Sequence record: OZ035820.1
Reading direction: 5' to 3' (one strand)
DNA from: Przondovirus NAN33P2
DNA length: 40,708 nt
Numbering within the stretch: the stretch's first letter is position 1; every line of letters starts with the position of its first letter. The notes below the pieces were generated by a model that did no database searches, was not told the DNA's origin, and saw nothing but the letters and a program-made list of their open reading frames with translations. Shown here one piece after another: positions 19,474-29,086 of this stretch. A program made the position numbers and the translations under genes.

Positions 19474-19761
19474 ATGGCTATTACCAAGCGTGTATGCGTA
19501 AGTTTTGATGCTAAGTTGGTACTGTCTACAGAAGATGTCGAGAAGATTACTAAAGACCTAGTGGTAGCCTCCAAGGGTTTCCTTGAGGGTAAGCCGACAG
19601 ATGGTCGCAAGCTGGCTGGTATCGAGGCCGCTGTAACTGATGGGCCGGAAGCAGCAATCGAGCTGGCACTGAAGGGCATCATCACCAAAGAGCTTAAGGC
19701 TTTGCTGAACGAGATGAAGTTCAACTCCTTCGGTAACTTCCGAGTGGGGTTCAAGCAATGA
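19474..19761 (+). CDS. gp5.5: Gene 5.5-like protein
   Basis: 95-aa ORF with GGAG RBS directly after gene 5; assigned by position and size (T7 gp5.5 is 99 aa). Confidence 0.5.
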   Translation: MAITKRVCVSFDAKLVLSTEDVEKITKDLVVASKGFLEGKPTDGRKLAGIEAAVTDGPEAAIELALKGIITKELKALLNEMKFNSFGNFRVGFKQ

Positions 19762-19967
19762 GCGAGTACCTCAAAGTTCTGGCGGCCCTCAAGGGCTGCC
19801 CTAAGTCCTTCCAGTCGAACTACGTGCGTAACAACGCTGCGTTAGTCGCTGAGGCTGCGAGCCGTGGTCACATTTCGTGCCTGACCATGAGTGGTCGTAA
19901 TGGTGGCGCTTGGGAAATTACCAGTGCCGGAGTGAAATTCCTTAAGACCCATGGAGGTTGCCTGTGA
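19758..19967 (+). CDS. gp5.7: Gene 5.7 protein
   Basis: 69 aa; close to recalled T7 gp5.7 (MS.YLKVL...CPK.FQSNYVRNNA.LVAEAASRGHISCLT.SGRNGGAWEIT). Confidence 0.8.
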   Translation: MSEYLKVLAALKGCPKSFQSNYVRNNAALVAEAASRGHISCLTMSGRNGGAWEITSAGVKFLKTHGGCL

Positions 19968-20869
19968 GTAAGCACACATTGTTATCCTTCAGCGACTACC
20001 GGGCAACCCAGAAGATTGCCAAAGGCGTCCTTGTGATGGATGGTGACTGGCTGGTATTCCAAGCCATGAGTGCCGCTGAGTTCGATGCCTCGTGGGAGGA
20101 GGAGATTTGGCACCGTTGCTGTGACCACGCCAAGGCCCGAGAGATTCTGGAGAACTCCATCGAGTCCTACAAGGGCCGCAAGAAGGCATGGAAGAATGCT
20201 GACGTTGTCCTAGCGTTCACCGACCGTGTCAACTGGCGCAAGCTGCTGGTGGACCCAACGTACAAAGAGAACCGTGCAGTCGTCAAGAAACCTGTGGGTT
20301 ACTTCGAGTTCCTTGAGTACGTCTTCGAGACCTACACGTGCGTCCTTGAGCCTCAGCTCGAAGGCGATGACGTTATGGGCATCATCGGGTCTAACCCTCT
20401 CGTATACAACTACGAGAAGGCCGTACTGGTCTCCTGTGACAAGGACTTTAAGACCATCCCGGATTGTGACTTCCTGTGGTGTACGACTGGTAACATCCTC
20501 GTGCAGACTCAGGAGACAGCCGACTACTGGCATCTCTTCCAGACTATCAAGGGTGACATCACCGATGGTTACGGTGGGATTCCCGGATGGGGTGATACCG
20601 CTGAGGACTTCCTCAAGGAACCCTTCATTGTGGAGCCTGTAACGTCCGTCCTGAAGTCCGGTAAGAACAAGGGCCAAGAGGTAACCAAGTGGGTGAAACG
20701 CGCTCCTGAGCCGGGAGAGACGCTCTGGGACTGCATTAAGTCCATTGGTGCCAAAGCAGGGATGACAGAAGAGGAAGTAATCAAGCAGGGACAGATGGCT
20801 CGCATCCTCCGCTCTGATGAGTACAACATCGAGACTGGGGAGATTACTCTATGGCAACCGGGCAGCTGA
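19964..20869 (+). CDS. gp6: 5'-3' exonuclease
   Basis: About 301 aa; long identical runs to recalled T7 gp6 (VMDGDWLVFQAMSAAEFDASWEEEIWHRCCDHAKAR). Start placed at GTG 19964 (5 nt after GGAGG); the six-frame ORF lists TTG 19958. Confidence 0.9.
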   Translation: MSKHTLLSFSDYRATQKIAKGVLVMDGDWLVFQAMSAAEFDASWEEEIWHRCCDHAKAREILENSIESYKGRKKAWKNADVVLAFTDRVNWRKLLVDPTYKENRAVVKKPVGYFEFLEYVFETYTCVLEPQLEGDDVMGIIGSNPLVYNYEKAVLVSCDKDFKTIPDCDFLWCTTGNILVQTQETADYWHLFQTIKGDITDGYGGIPGWGDTAEDFLKEPFIVEPVTSVLKSGKNKGQEVTKWVKRAPEPGETLWDCIKSIGAKAGMTEEEVIKQGQMARILRSDEYNIETGEITLWQPGS

Positions 20870-20961
20870 TTCTTATCGTCCTGACCATGGGCTTAATCGC
20901 TCGTGGTCTCTGGATGTTGGCCTTGATTATCAAGCAGATAGTCGAGCACAAAGCAGAGTGA
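20851..20961 (+). CDS. Small hydrophobic protein, gene 6.3-like
   Basis: 36-aa ORF (MATGQLILIVLTMGLIARGLWMLALIIKQIVEHKAE) overlapping the gene 6 stop in another frame; T7 gene 6.3 is 37 aa. Confidence 0.3.
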   Translation: MATGQLILIVLTMGLIARGLWMLALIIKQIVEHKAE

Positions 20962-20964
20962 TAA

Positions 20965-21012
20965 ACTCATGGGCACTAATTAGGTAGCACTATAGGGAAG
21001 TGCCCATTATGA
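20965..21012 (+). promoter_or_regulatory. RNase III-type hairpin (R6.5-like) enclosing a promoter
   Basis: 9-bp stem ATGGGCACT / AGTGCCCAT flanked by the family's ACTCA and TTATGA, with the promoter in the loop. Confidence 0.5.
20978..21000 (+). promoter_or_regulatory. Phage RNAP promoter (phi6.5-like)
   Basis: AATTAGGTAGCACTATAGGGAAG. Confidence 0.7.
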
Positions 21013-21047
21013 TTATTACTTAAAGATTACTTAAAGAGGAGACTCAA

Positions 21048-21293
21048 ATGTTAAAACCTATAGAGCACATCCTTAACAATCCTAATGACCTTCCTGACGT
21101 ACCGCGAGCTGTCAAGGAGTACCTACAGTCTCGCTACAATGCTGACTTCCTGTATCAGTCAGAGGTCCGTAAGCTGCGTGAGGCTGGCCACAGCGAGGAG
21201 TTCATCTCCGGGGTACTGTATGGTCACTACATGGCTTCTCGTGTCCTAGACGAGATGGAGGGACGCCAGCGTGCACTCAAAGAAGGAGATTGA
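21048..21293 (+). CDS. gp6.5: Gene 6.5-like protein
   Basis: 81-aa ORF with AAGAGGAG RBS; position and size match T7 gp6.5. Confidence 0.6.
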   Translation: MLKPIEHILNNPNDLPDVPRAVKEYLQSRYNADFLYQSEVRKLREAGHSEEFISGVLYGHYMASRVLDEMEGRQRALKEGD

Positions 21294-21295
21294 TT

Positions 21296-21517
21296 ATGTG
21301 TTTCTCACCTAAGATGAAAGCACCTAAGGTCGACACGACGACTGTCCCTGAGCCAGCTCCACTAACCGAGGAACCTAAGGGTGTCCAGTACGGTGGAGAC
21401 GAGGACTCAAACAGCACCACTCCCGAGGTGTCAGGTCGTAAGTCACTCAAGGTGACCAAGACGACAGAGCCTACAGGGTCCGTCAGTAAAATCCGTAAGT
21501 CAGCTTTAGGAGGCTAA
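21296..21517 (+). CDS. gp6.7: Gene 6.7 virion protein
   Basis: MCFSPKMK...EPAPLT...VSGRK.LKV...IRKSA.GG matches recalled T7 gp6.7; start at the second ATG (better RBS spacing). Confidence 0.75.
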   Translation: MCFSPKMKAPKVDTTTVPEPAPLTEEPKGVQYGGDEDSNSTTPEVSGRKSLKVTKTTEPTGSVSKIRKSALGG

Positions 21518-21518
21518 C

Positions 21519-21779
21519 ATGGGACTGTTCAAGAAAATCAAGAAGGCTATCTCCAAGGTAGTCAAAGCGCCACTCAAGGCAGTTGGTCTGGCAGCAGATG
21601 CACCTAACGTGCAGACAGCCGCTGAGACACCTGTGGCAGCACCTCAGGAAGCACCGAAAGAGGTCGTGGAGGACGTTGAATCTTCAGCAGACACTGAGTC
21701 TGGTAAGAAGAAAACTCGCGCCTCCGGTAAGAAGTCCCTCTCAGTTTCCCGCAGCTCTGGCGGTGGGATTAACTTATGA
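21519..21779 (+). CDS. gp7.3: Gene 7.3 tail protein
   Basis: 86 aa; C-terminus GKKSLSVSRSSGGGINL matches recalled T7 gp7.3 (GKKSLSVARSSGGGINI). Confidence 0.75.
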   Translation: MGLFKKIKKAISKVVKAPLKAVGLAADAPNVQTAAETPVAAPQEAPKEVVEDVESSADTESGKKKTRASGKKSLSVSRSSGGGINL

Positions 21780-21802
21780 TTGGTTACGGGGAGGGCTAAC
21801 AA

Positions 21803-23410
21803 ATGGCAGAAGTTAAACTTGAAGGCTTCGCAGAGGAGGGAGCCAAGGCGGTATACGACCGTCTGAAGAACGACCGACAGCCTTACGAGACACGAGCAGA
21901 GTCCTGTGCGCAGTACACGATTCCCTCACTGTTCCCTAAGGACTCCGATAACGCATCAACCGATTACACGACTCCGTGGCAATCCGTAGGTGCTCGCGGG
22001 CTGAACAACCTAGCGTCCAAGCTGATGCTGGCCCTGTTCCCGATGCAATCATGGATGAAGTTGACCATTAGCGAATACGAAGCGAAGAACCTTCTGGGTG
22101 ACGCCGAGGGTCTCGCTAAGGTCGATGAGGGCCTCTCAATGGTAGAGCGCATCATCATGAACTACATCGAGTCCAACAGTTATCGAGTGACTCTCTTTGA
22201 GTGCTTGAAGCAACTGTGTGTGGCTGGCAACGCGCTGCTTTACTTACCGGAGCCTGAGGGTTATACCCCGATGAAGCTCTATCGGCTGAACTCGTATGTG
22301 GTCCAGCGAGACGCTTTCGGTAACGTGCTCCAGATTGTCACACTCGACAAGATTGCGTTCAATGCGCTCCCTGAAGACGTTCGTGGTCAGGTGGAAGCGG
22401 CTCAAGGTGAGCAGAAGGAAGACGCTGAGATTGACGTCTACACCCACGTGTACCTGAACGAAGCCGGGGATGGCTACTCGAAGTACGAAGAGGTTGCCGA
22501 AGAGGTAGTTCCGGGCAGTGAGGCCGAGTACCCGCTCGAAGAGTGTCCGTACATTCCGGTCCGCATGGTCCGCATCGACGGTGAATCCTATGGTCGTTCC
22601 TACGTGGAAGAGTATCTGGGTGACCTCAAGTCCCTAGAGAACCTCCAAGAGTCCATCGTGAAGATGGCCATGATTACCGCTAAGGTTATCGGTCTGGTAG
22701 ACCCGGCAGGTATCACTCAGGTTCGCCGACTCACGGCAGCACAGTCTGGTGCGTTCGTACCGGGCCGTAAGCAGGACATTGAGTTCCTCCAACTGGAGAA
22801 GTCCGGTGACTTTACCGTAGCGAAGAACGTAAGCGACACCATTGAGGCGCGCCTCTCGTATGCCTTTATGCTCAACAGTGCGGTACAACGTACAGGCGAG
22901 CGAGTCACAGCCGAAGAGATTCGGTACGTGGCGTCAGAGCTGGAAGATACCCTTGGCGGTGTCTACTCGATTCTCTCGCAGGAACTCCAGCTGCCTCTGG
23001 TAAGAGTGCTCTTGAAGCAACTACAAGCCACGCAGCAAATCCCGGAGTTACCTAAAGAGGCCGTCGAGCCAACTATCAGCACTGGCCTTGAGGCTATCGG
23101 ACGTGGGCAGGACCTTGACAAGCTGGAGCGATGCATTGCCGCATGGTCAGCTCTTAAGGCCCTCGAAGGCGATGATGACCTCAACTTGGCTAACCTCAAG
23201 TTACGCATCGCTAACGCTATCGGACTCGACACTGCTGGTATGCTTCTCACTCAGGAGCAGAAGAATGCCCTTATGGCACAGCAAGGCGCTCAGATTGCTA
23301 CACAGCAAGGGGCCGCAGCGTTGGGTCAGGGGGTGGCCGCACAGGCTACTGCAAGTCCTGAAGCGATGGCCGCTGCGGCTGATTCAGTCGGTATGCAACC
23401 GGGCATGTAA
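21803..23410 (+). CDS. gp8: Portal (head-to-tail connector) protein
   Basis: 535 aa (T7 gp8 is 536 aa); position before scaffold and capsid genes. Confidence 0.9.
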   Translation: MAEVKLEGFAEEGAKAVYDRLKNDRQPYETRAESCAQYTIPSLFPKDSDNASTDYTTPWQSVGARGLNNLASKLMLALFPMQSWMKLTISEYEAKNLLGDAEGLAKVDEGLSMVERIIMNYIESNSYRVTLFECLKQLCVAGNALLYLPEPEGYTPMKLYRLNSYVVQRDAFGNVLQIVTLDKIAFNALPEDVRGQVEAAQGEQKEDAEIDVYTHVYLNEAGDGYSKYEEVAEEVVPGSEAEYPLEECPYIPVRMVRIDGESYGRSYVEEYLGDLKSLENLQESIVKMAMITAKVIGLVDPAGITQVRRLTAAQSGAFVPGRKQDIEFLQLEKSGDFTVAKNVSDTIEARLSYAFMLNSAVQRTGERVTAEEIRYVASELEDTLGGVYSILSQELQLPLVRVLLKQLQATQQIPELPKEAVEPTISTGLEAIGRGQDLDKLERCIAAWSALKALEGDDDLNLANLKLRIANAIGLDTAGMLLTQEQKNALMAQQGAQIATQQGAAALGQGVAAQATASPEAMAAAADSVGMQPGM

Positions 23411-23431
23411 TTAGGTAGCACTATAGGGAGA
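23409..23431 (+). promoter_or_regulatory. Phage RNAP promoter (phi9-like)
   Basis: AATTAGGTAGCACTATAGGGAGA, perfect consensus copy. Confidence 0.8.
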
Positions 23432-23524
23432 CCGAACGTAAGACCACTCAAGCCGACCTTAGGTAGCCGTTGAGTGAACACTGCTAGTAAGTCTCCGCTT
23501 AGTCTTAACTTTAAGGAGATTGAA

Positions 23525-24484
23525 ATGGCTGGCGAATCTAACGCAGACGTATACGCATCCTTCGGTGTCAACAGTGCTGTACTGACTGGTAGTACACCTG
23601 AGGAGCACCAAGAAAACATGTTGGCTCTTGATGTTGCTGCCCGTGATGGCGATGATGCAATCGAGCTGAACACCAACAGTGATGACCCGTATGGCTCCGA
23701 TGTGGACCCGTTCGGTGAACCTGAAGAGGGCCGTATGCAGGTCCGCATCTCCGCTGATGGTTCAGACGAAGAGTCTACCGAAGGTGAAGAGGGTTCTGAA
23801 GAAGAACAGCACGGCGACGAAGAGAGTCAGCCGGAGGAAGTAACCGACGATGGTGAACCTGAAGAGTTCAAACCTATTGGTGAAACTCCGGCTGACATCA
23901 ACGAAGCCTCTCAGCAGCTGGAAGAACACGAAGCTGGCTTTAACGACATGGTTGCTACTGCAATCGAACGCGGTCTCTCACAGGATGCTGTGACCCGTAT
24001 TCAGCAGGAGTACCAGAACGAAGACAGTCTGTCCGAGGAGTCTTACCGCGAGTTGGCCGAGGCTGGCTACAGTAAGGCGTTCGTCGATGCGTACATTCGT
24101 GGTCAGGAAGCTCTGGTCAACCAGTACGTCGAGAAAGTGATGGACTTCGTGGGTGGCCGCGAGCGGTTCCAGCAGGTCTACGGCCACATGAAGACCAATA
24201 ACCCTGAGGGTGCCGAGGCGCTCATCAAGGCTTTTGAGTCTCGTGATGTAGCCACCATGAAGACGATTCTGAACCTAGCGGGACAGTCTCGTGATAAAAC
24301 CTTTGGTAAGAAAGCTGAGCGCTCTATTGCCAAGCGTGCAACCCCAGCGAAACCTGTGGCCCGCAAGGCTGTAGGCTTCGAGTCTCAAGCTGAGATGATT
24401 AAGGCGATGTCCGACCAGCGCTACCGCACCGACTCTAAGTACCGTCGTGAAGTGGAACAGAAGGTTATCGACTCTAAGTTTTAA
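23525..24484 (+). CDS. gp9: Capsid assembly (scaffolding) protein
   Basis: 319 aa from ATG after TAAGGAG; highly acidic; position between portal and capsid. The six-frame ORF begins upstream at 23474 inside the promoter region. Confidence 0.85.
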   Translation: MAGESNADVYASFGVNSAVLTGSTPEEHQENMLALDVAARDGDDAIELNTNSDDPYGSDVDPFGEPEEGRMQVRISADGSDEESTEGEEGSEEEQHGDEESQPEEVTDDGEPEEFKPIGETPADINEASQQLEEHEAGFNDMVATAIERGLSQDAVTRIQQEYQNEDSLSEESYRELAEAGYSKAFVDAYIRGQEALVNQYVEKVMDFVGGRERFQQVYGHMKTNNPEGAEALIKAFESRDVATMKTILNLAGQSRDKTFGKKAERSIAKRATPAKPVARKAVGFESQAEMIKAMSDQRYRTDSKYRREVEQKVIDSKF

Positions 24485-24505
24485 TTAGGTAGCACTATAG
24501 GGAGA
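24483..24505 (+). promoter_or_regulatory. Phage RNAP promoter (phi10-like)
   Basis: AATTAGGTAGCACTATAGGGAGA followed by hairpin CCCCAGC...GCTGGGG. Confidence 0.8.
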
Positions 24506-24659
24506 CCCCAGCGACGATGCAAGGCTGGGGCTTCTCCCTTCGAGTTACACAATGAGTATCACCTCGTTTCAAGTAGTACCTCAATAGCTTGGCAACGATA
24601 GGCCCGTTTGGTCAGCGTAATGGCTAACTCTATTCTTAAACAACATAAGGAGATTCAAC

Positions 24660-25691
24660 ATGGCTAACATGCAAGGTGGACAGCAGCTCGGTACCAACCA
24701 AGGTAAAGGTCAATCCGCAGCAGACAAGCTGGCGCTATTCCTGAAAGTATTCGGCGGTGAAGTCCTGACCGCATTCGCTCGTACCTCTGTGACCACCAAC
24801 CGTCACATGCAGCGTCAAATCAGCTCCGGTAAGTCCGCACAGTTCCCTGTGATTGGCCGCACCAAGGCTGCTTACCTACAACCGGGCGAGTCTCTGGACG
24901 ACAAACGCAAAGACATCAAGCACACCGAGAAGACCATTAACATTGATGGCCTGCTGACTGCGGACGTGCTGATTTATGACATCGAAGACGCGATGAACCA
25001 CTATGACGTGCGCTCCGAGTACACCTCTCAGATTGGTGAGTCTCTGGCGATGGCAGCTGATGGTGCGGTACTGGCTGCGCTGGCTGAGCTGGCTAACCTC
25101 GCGGATTCCGTCAACGAGAACATCGCTGGTCTGGGCAAACCGTCCCTGCTGGAAGTTGGCGCTAAGGCTGACCTGACCGACCCGGTCAAACTGGGCCAAG
25201 CGGTTATCGCACAGCTGACCATCGCTCGTGCAGCTCTGACCAAGAACTACGTCCCGGCGAACGACCGTACGTTCTACACCACCCCGGACGTGTACTCTGC
25301 GATTCTGGCGGCTCTGATGCCTAACGCTGCGAACTATGCGGCCCTGATCGACCCTGAGCGCGGTTCTATCCGTAACGTGATGGGCTTCGAGGTCGTCGAG
25401 GTTCCGCACCTGACCGCTGGTGGTGCTGGTGATGACCGCCCGGACGAAGGCGCAGAAGCGACCAACCAGAAGCACGCCTTCCCGGCAACTGGTGGTAAAG
25501 TCAACAAAGAGAACGTTGTTGGCCTGTTCCAGCACCGTTCCGCTGTTGGTACCGTTAAGCTGAAAGACCTCGCTCTGGAGCGTGCTCGCCGCGCTGAGTA
25601 TCAGGCTGACCAGATTATCGCTAAGTACGCGATGGGCCATGGTGGTCTGCGTCCAGAATCTGCTGGTGCACTGGTTTTCACAGCAGCCTAA
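24660..25691 (+). CDS. gp10A: Major capsid protein (10A)
   Basis: 343 aa; near-identical runs to recalled T7 gp10A (GTNQGKG, DKLALFLKVFGGEVLTAFARTSVTT, IAKYAMGHGGLRPE). Confidence 0.95.
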   Translation: MANMQGGQQLGTNQGKGQSAADKLALFLKVFGGEVLTAFARTSVTTNRHMQRQISSGKSAQFPVIGRTKAAYLQPGESLDDKRKDIKHTEKTINIDGLLTADVLIYDIEDAMNHYDVRSEYTSQIGESLAMAADGAVLAALAELANLADSVNENIAGLGKPSLLEVGAKADLTDPVKLGQAVIAQLTIARAALTKNYVPANDRTFYTTPDVYSAILAALMPNAANYAALIDPERGSIRNVMGFEVVEVPHLTAGGAGDDRPDEGAEATNQKHAFPATGGKVNKENVVGLFQHRSAVGTVKLKDLALERARRAEYQADQIIAKYAMGHGGLRPESAGALVFTAA

Positions 25692-25969
25692 GCGTAAATA
25701 CCTTTAGTGCTCGGACGGTAACTCCGTCTGAGTACGAGGTACAGACTGTGGCCATTGCTGGTGATTCACTTAAGGTGACACTTGATGGGCTGGAGGGAGT
25801 AACGGACTGGTCAACCCTTGAGGTAACTTACGGTACTTCCGGGATTGCCAGCCATACTCGCCGGACCAACACGCTGTACTTCAAAGGAATCGCTGTAGGC
25901 GAAACTCTAGTGACTGTCAGCTTTGACGGGTCTGAAAGGAAGTCCTTTAAGCTGGTCGTGACTAATTAA
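24660..25969 (+). CDS. gp10B: Minor capsid protein (10B) made by -1 frameshift near 25673-25679
   Basis: The -1 frame is open from the slip site to TAA at 25967-25969, giving a product of about 436 aa with a 96-aa extension. Confidence 0.6.
25673..25679 (+). other. -1 programmed ribosomal frameshift site (G GTT TTC)
   Basis: Heptamer GGTTTTC in the 10A frame four codons before the 10A stop; matches my recollection of the T7 gene 10 shift site. Confidence 0.5.
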
Positions 25970-25981
25970 AACTAAGCCAAA

Positions 25982-26019
25982 CCCCTTGGGGACCACTCAC
26001 GGTCTCTGAGGGGTTTTTT
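25982..26019 (+). terminator. Phage RNAP terminator (Tphi-like)
   Basis: CCCCTTGGGGACC...GGTCTCTGAGGGG hairpin followed by TTTTTT; closely resembles recalled T7 Tphi. Confidence 0.8.
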
Positions 26020-26036
26020 CGTTAGGAGCTTACATT

Positions 26037-26615
26037 ATGAACATGCAAGATGCTTACTTTGGGTCTGCCGCTGAGCTGGATGCTGTCAACGAGATGCTCG
26101 CAGCTATCGGTGAATCCCCGGTGACAACCCTTGACGAAGATGGTAGTGCAGACGTGGCGAACGCTCGTCGTATCCTCAACAGGATTAACCGCCAGATTCA
26201 GTCTAAAGGTTGGGCCTTCAACATCAACGAGTCGGCCACACTGACCCCGGACGCCAGCACTGGGCTTATCCCATTCCGCCCTGCCTACCTGTCCATACTT
26301 GGTGGCCAGTACGTTAACCGTGGTGGCTGGGTGTACGATAAGTCCACAGGGACGGACACCTTCTCTGGACCAATCACCGTGACCCTGATTACCCTTCAGG
26401 ACTACGACGAGATGCCTGAGTGTTTCCGCCAGTGGATTGTCACCAAGGCCAGCCGCCAGTTCAACTCTCGGTTCTTCGGAGCGGAGGACGTAGAGAACTC
26501 TCTGGCACAGGAAGAGATGGAAGCACGGATGGCGTGCAACGAGTACGAGATGGACTTCGGACAGTACAACATGCTCGACGGTGACGCATACGTTCAGGGT
26601 CTCATCGGTCGTTAA
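26037..26615 (+). CDS. gp11: Tail tubular protein A
   Basis: 192 aa; matches recalled T7 gp11 ([47 protein letters not shown]). Confidence 0.9.
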   Translation: MNMQDAYFGSAAELDAVNEMLAAIGESPVTTLDEDGSADVANARRILNRINRQIQSKGWAFNINESATLTPDASTGLIPFRPAYLSILGGQYVNRGGWVYDKSTGTDTFSGPITVTLITLQDYDEMPECFRQWIVTKASRQFNSRFFGAEDVENSLAQEEMEARMACNEYEMDFGQYNMLDGDAYVQGLIGR

Positions 26616-26637
26616 TCAGAAACTTAAGGAGGACCAA

Positions 26638-29013
26638 ATGGCTCTCGTATCACAATCAATCAAGAACCTCAAGGGAGGCATTAGCCAACAGCCTGAAATC
26701 CTACGGTACCCAGAGCAGGGTTCACTTCAGGTCAACGGTTGGTCCTCCGAGACTGAGGGCCTCCAGAAGCGACCACCTATGGTGTTCATCAAGTCCTTAG
26801 GAGGCCGTGGGTATCTTGGGGAAGACCCCTACATCCACCTCATCAACCGTGACGAATACGAGCAGTATTACGCTGTGTTCACAGGGAATGACGTTCGGGT
26901 ATTCGACCTGTCCGGCTATGAGTATCAGGTCCGAGGTGACCGCTCATACGTTACCGTCAATAACCCTAAGGATAACTTGCGGATGGTCACAGTGGCTGAC
27001 TACACGTTCATCGTGAACCGCACCAGACAGGTCCGAGAGAGTAAGAACTTGACCAACGGTGGTACATTCAGGGATAACGTGGACGCCCTCATTAACGTTC
27101 GCGGTGGTCAGTATGGGCGAAAGCTCGAAGTGAACATTAACGGCGTGTGGGTAAGCCACCAACTGCCTCCGGGTGACAACGCTAAGGAGGACCCACCAAA
27201 GGTCGACGCACAGGCTATCGCTGAGGCCCTAGCGACTCTTCTCAGAACGGCACACCCTACGTGGACGTTCAACGTTGGAACAGGGTTCATTCATTGTATA
27301 GCTCCGGCAGACACCACACTTGACATATTCGAGACAAAGGATGGGTATGCAGACCAGCTAATCAATCCGGTCACCCATTACGTCCAGAGCTTCTCTAAGT
27401 TGCCTCTGAACGCCCCAGATGGGTACATGGTGAAGATTGTCGGAGATACGTCAAAGACCGCCGACCAGTATTACGTTAAGTACGACAAGAGTCAGAAGGT
27501 CTGGAAGGAAACTGTTGGATGGAACATCTCGATAGGACTGGATTACACCACTATGCCTTGGACACTGGTTCGCGCAGCTGACGGTAACTTCGACCTCGGG
27601 TATCACGATTGGAAGGACCGACGTGCTGGCGACGAGGATACCAACCCTCAGCCATCCTTTGTGAGCTCGACGATAACTGATGTGTTCTTCTTCAGGAACC
27701 GCTTAGGGTTCATCTCTGGGGAGAACATCGTGATGTCACGTACCAGTAAATACTTTGAGTTCTACCCGCCGTCAGTGGCCAACTACACGGATGATGACCC
27801 ACTGGATGTTGCTGTGAGCCATAACCGAGTGTCTGTCCTGAAGTATGCTGTGAGCTTCGCTGAGGAGCTTCTACTGTGGTCTGATGAGGCACAGTTCGTC
27901 CTGTCGGCCAACGGTGTGTTATCCGCTAAGACCGCACAACTTGACCTGACCACCCAGTTCGACGTGTCAGACCGTGCGCGTCCTTACGGTATCGGCAGGA
28001 ACATCTACTATGCGTCTCCTCGCAGCTCCTTTACGTCCATCATGCGCTACTACGCGGTACAGGATGTAAGCTCTGTGAAGAACGCAGAGGACATGACGGC
28101 TCATGTACCGAACTACATCCCGAACGGTGTGTATAGCATCAACGGGTCTGGTACGGAGAACTTCGCGTGTGTACTGACCAAGGGCGCTCCCAGCAAGGTG
28201 TTCATCTACAAGTTCCTCTACATGGATGAGAACATCCGGCAGCAGTCGTGGTCCCACTGGGACTTCGGGGACGGTGTGGAGGTGATGGCCGCAAACTGTA
28301 TCAACTCGACGATGTACATGCTGATGCGGAATGCCTACAACGTGTGGATAGCTGCGGTGGACTTTAAGAAGAACTCTACGGACTTTCCGTTCGAGCCTTA
28401 CCGATTCCACGTGGACGCCAAGCGTTCATACCACATCTCAGAGACTGCGTACGACATTGAGACGAACCAGACGGTAGTGAACGTCAAGGATATCTACGGT
28501 GCGTCGTTCTCTAAGGGTACCGTGGCAATCTGCGAGAGTGATGGTAAAATCACCGAGTACGAGCCTACGGGTTCCTCTTGGGATTCAACCCCGGACATCC
28601 GCATTAGCGGTGACATTTCCGGTAAGGACATTGCCATCGGGTTCCTGTACGACTTCCAGTATGTGTTCAGTCGGTTCCTCATCAAGCAGGAGCAGAATGA
28701 TGGGACAACGTCGACGATCGACTCTGGTCGTCTACAGCTGCGCAGGGCTTGGGTGAACTATCAGGACACCGGAGCGTTCACTGTGAGTGTTGATAACGGT
28801 AACCGTGAGTTCAACTATCTGGTCAACGCCAGAGTCGGTTCTACAGGTCTGCGCCTTGGACAAAAGGCCACGACCACGGGTCAGTATCGTTTCCCGGTGA
28901 CAGGTAACGCCCTGTATCAGAAGGTGTCTCTAAGTTCCTTCAATGCTTCCCCGGTGTCAATCATCGGGTGTGGCTGGGAAGGTAACTATACCAACCGCGC
29001 TAACGGTATTTAA
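26638..29013 (+). CDS. gp12: Tail tubular protein B
   Basis: About 791 aa from ATG after AAGGAGG (six-frame ORF begins at 26581 within the gene 11 terminus); size and position match T7 gp12. Confidence 0.9.
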   Translation: MALVSQSIKNLKGGISQQPEILRYPEQGSLQVNGWSSETEGLQKRPPMVFIKSLGGRGYLGEDPYIHLINRDEYEQYYAVFTGNDVRVFDLSGYEYQVRGDRSYVTVNNPKDNLRMVTVADYTFIVNRTRQVRESKNLTNGGTFRDNVDALINVRGGQYGRKLEVNINGVWVSHQLPPGDNAKEDPPKVDAQAIAEALATLLRTAHPTWTFNVGTGFIHCIAPADTTLDIFETKDGYADQLINPVTHYVQSFSKLPLNAPDGYMVKIVGDTSKTADQYYVKYDKSQKVWKETVGWNISIGLDYTTMPWTLVRAADGNFDLGYHDWKDRRAGDEDTNPQPSFVSSTITDVFFFRNRLGFISGENIVMSRTSKYFEFYPPSVANYTDDDPLDVAVSHNRVSVLKYAVSFAEELLLWSDEAQFVLSANGVLSAKTAQLDLTTQFDVSDRARPYGIGRNIYYASPRSSFTSIMRYYAVQDVSSVKNAEDMTAHVPNYIPNGVYSINGSGTENFACVLTKGAPSKVFIYKFLYMDENIRQQSWSHWDFGDGVEVMAANCINSTMYMLMRNAYNVWIAAVDFKKNSTDFPFEPYRFHVDAKRSYHISETAYDIETNQTVVNVKDIYGASFSKGTVAICESDGKITEYEPTGSSWDSTPDIRISGDISGKDIAIGFLYDFQYVFSRFLIKQEQNDGTTSTIDSGRLQLRRAWVNYQDTGAFTVSVDNGNREFNYLVNARVGSTGLRLGQKATTTGQYRFPVTGNALYQKVSLSSFNASPVSIIGCGWEGNYTNRANGI

Positions 29014-29039
29014 CCGAACGTCTCCCTGTGGTGTTGCTC

Positions 29040-29062
29040 AATTAGGTAGCACTATAGGGAGA
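29040..29062 (+). promoter_or_regulatory. Phage RNAP promoter (phi13-like)
   Basis: AATTAGGTAGCACTATAGGGAGA. Confidence 0.8.
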
Positions 29063-29086
29063 CCACACTAAGAGGGGACTTAAAGC

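Noticed and set aside
21583-21816. 77-aa ORF overlapping gene 7.3 in another frame
   Set aside because: Embedded out of frame in a gene with clear T7 homology; no RBS; arginine-rich alternate-frame artefact.
24876-25640. 254-aa reverse-strand ORF inside the major capsid gene
   Set aside because: Antisense to gene 10A with no expression signals; arginine/valine-rich composition typical of antisense frames.
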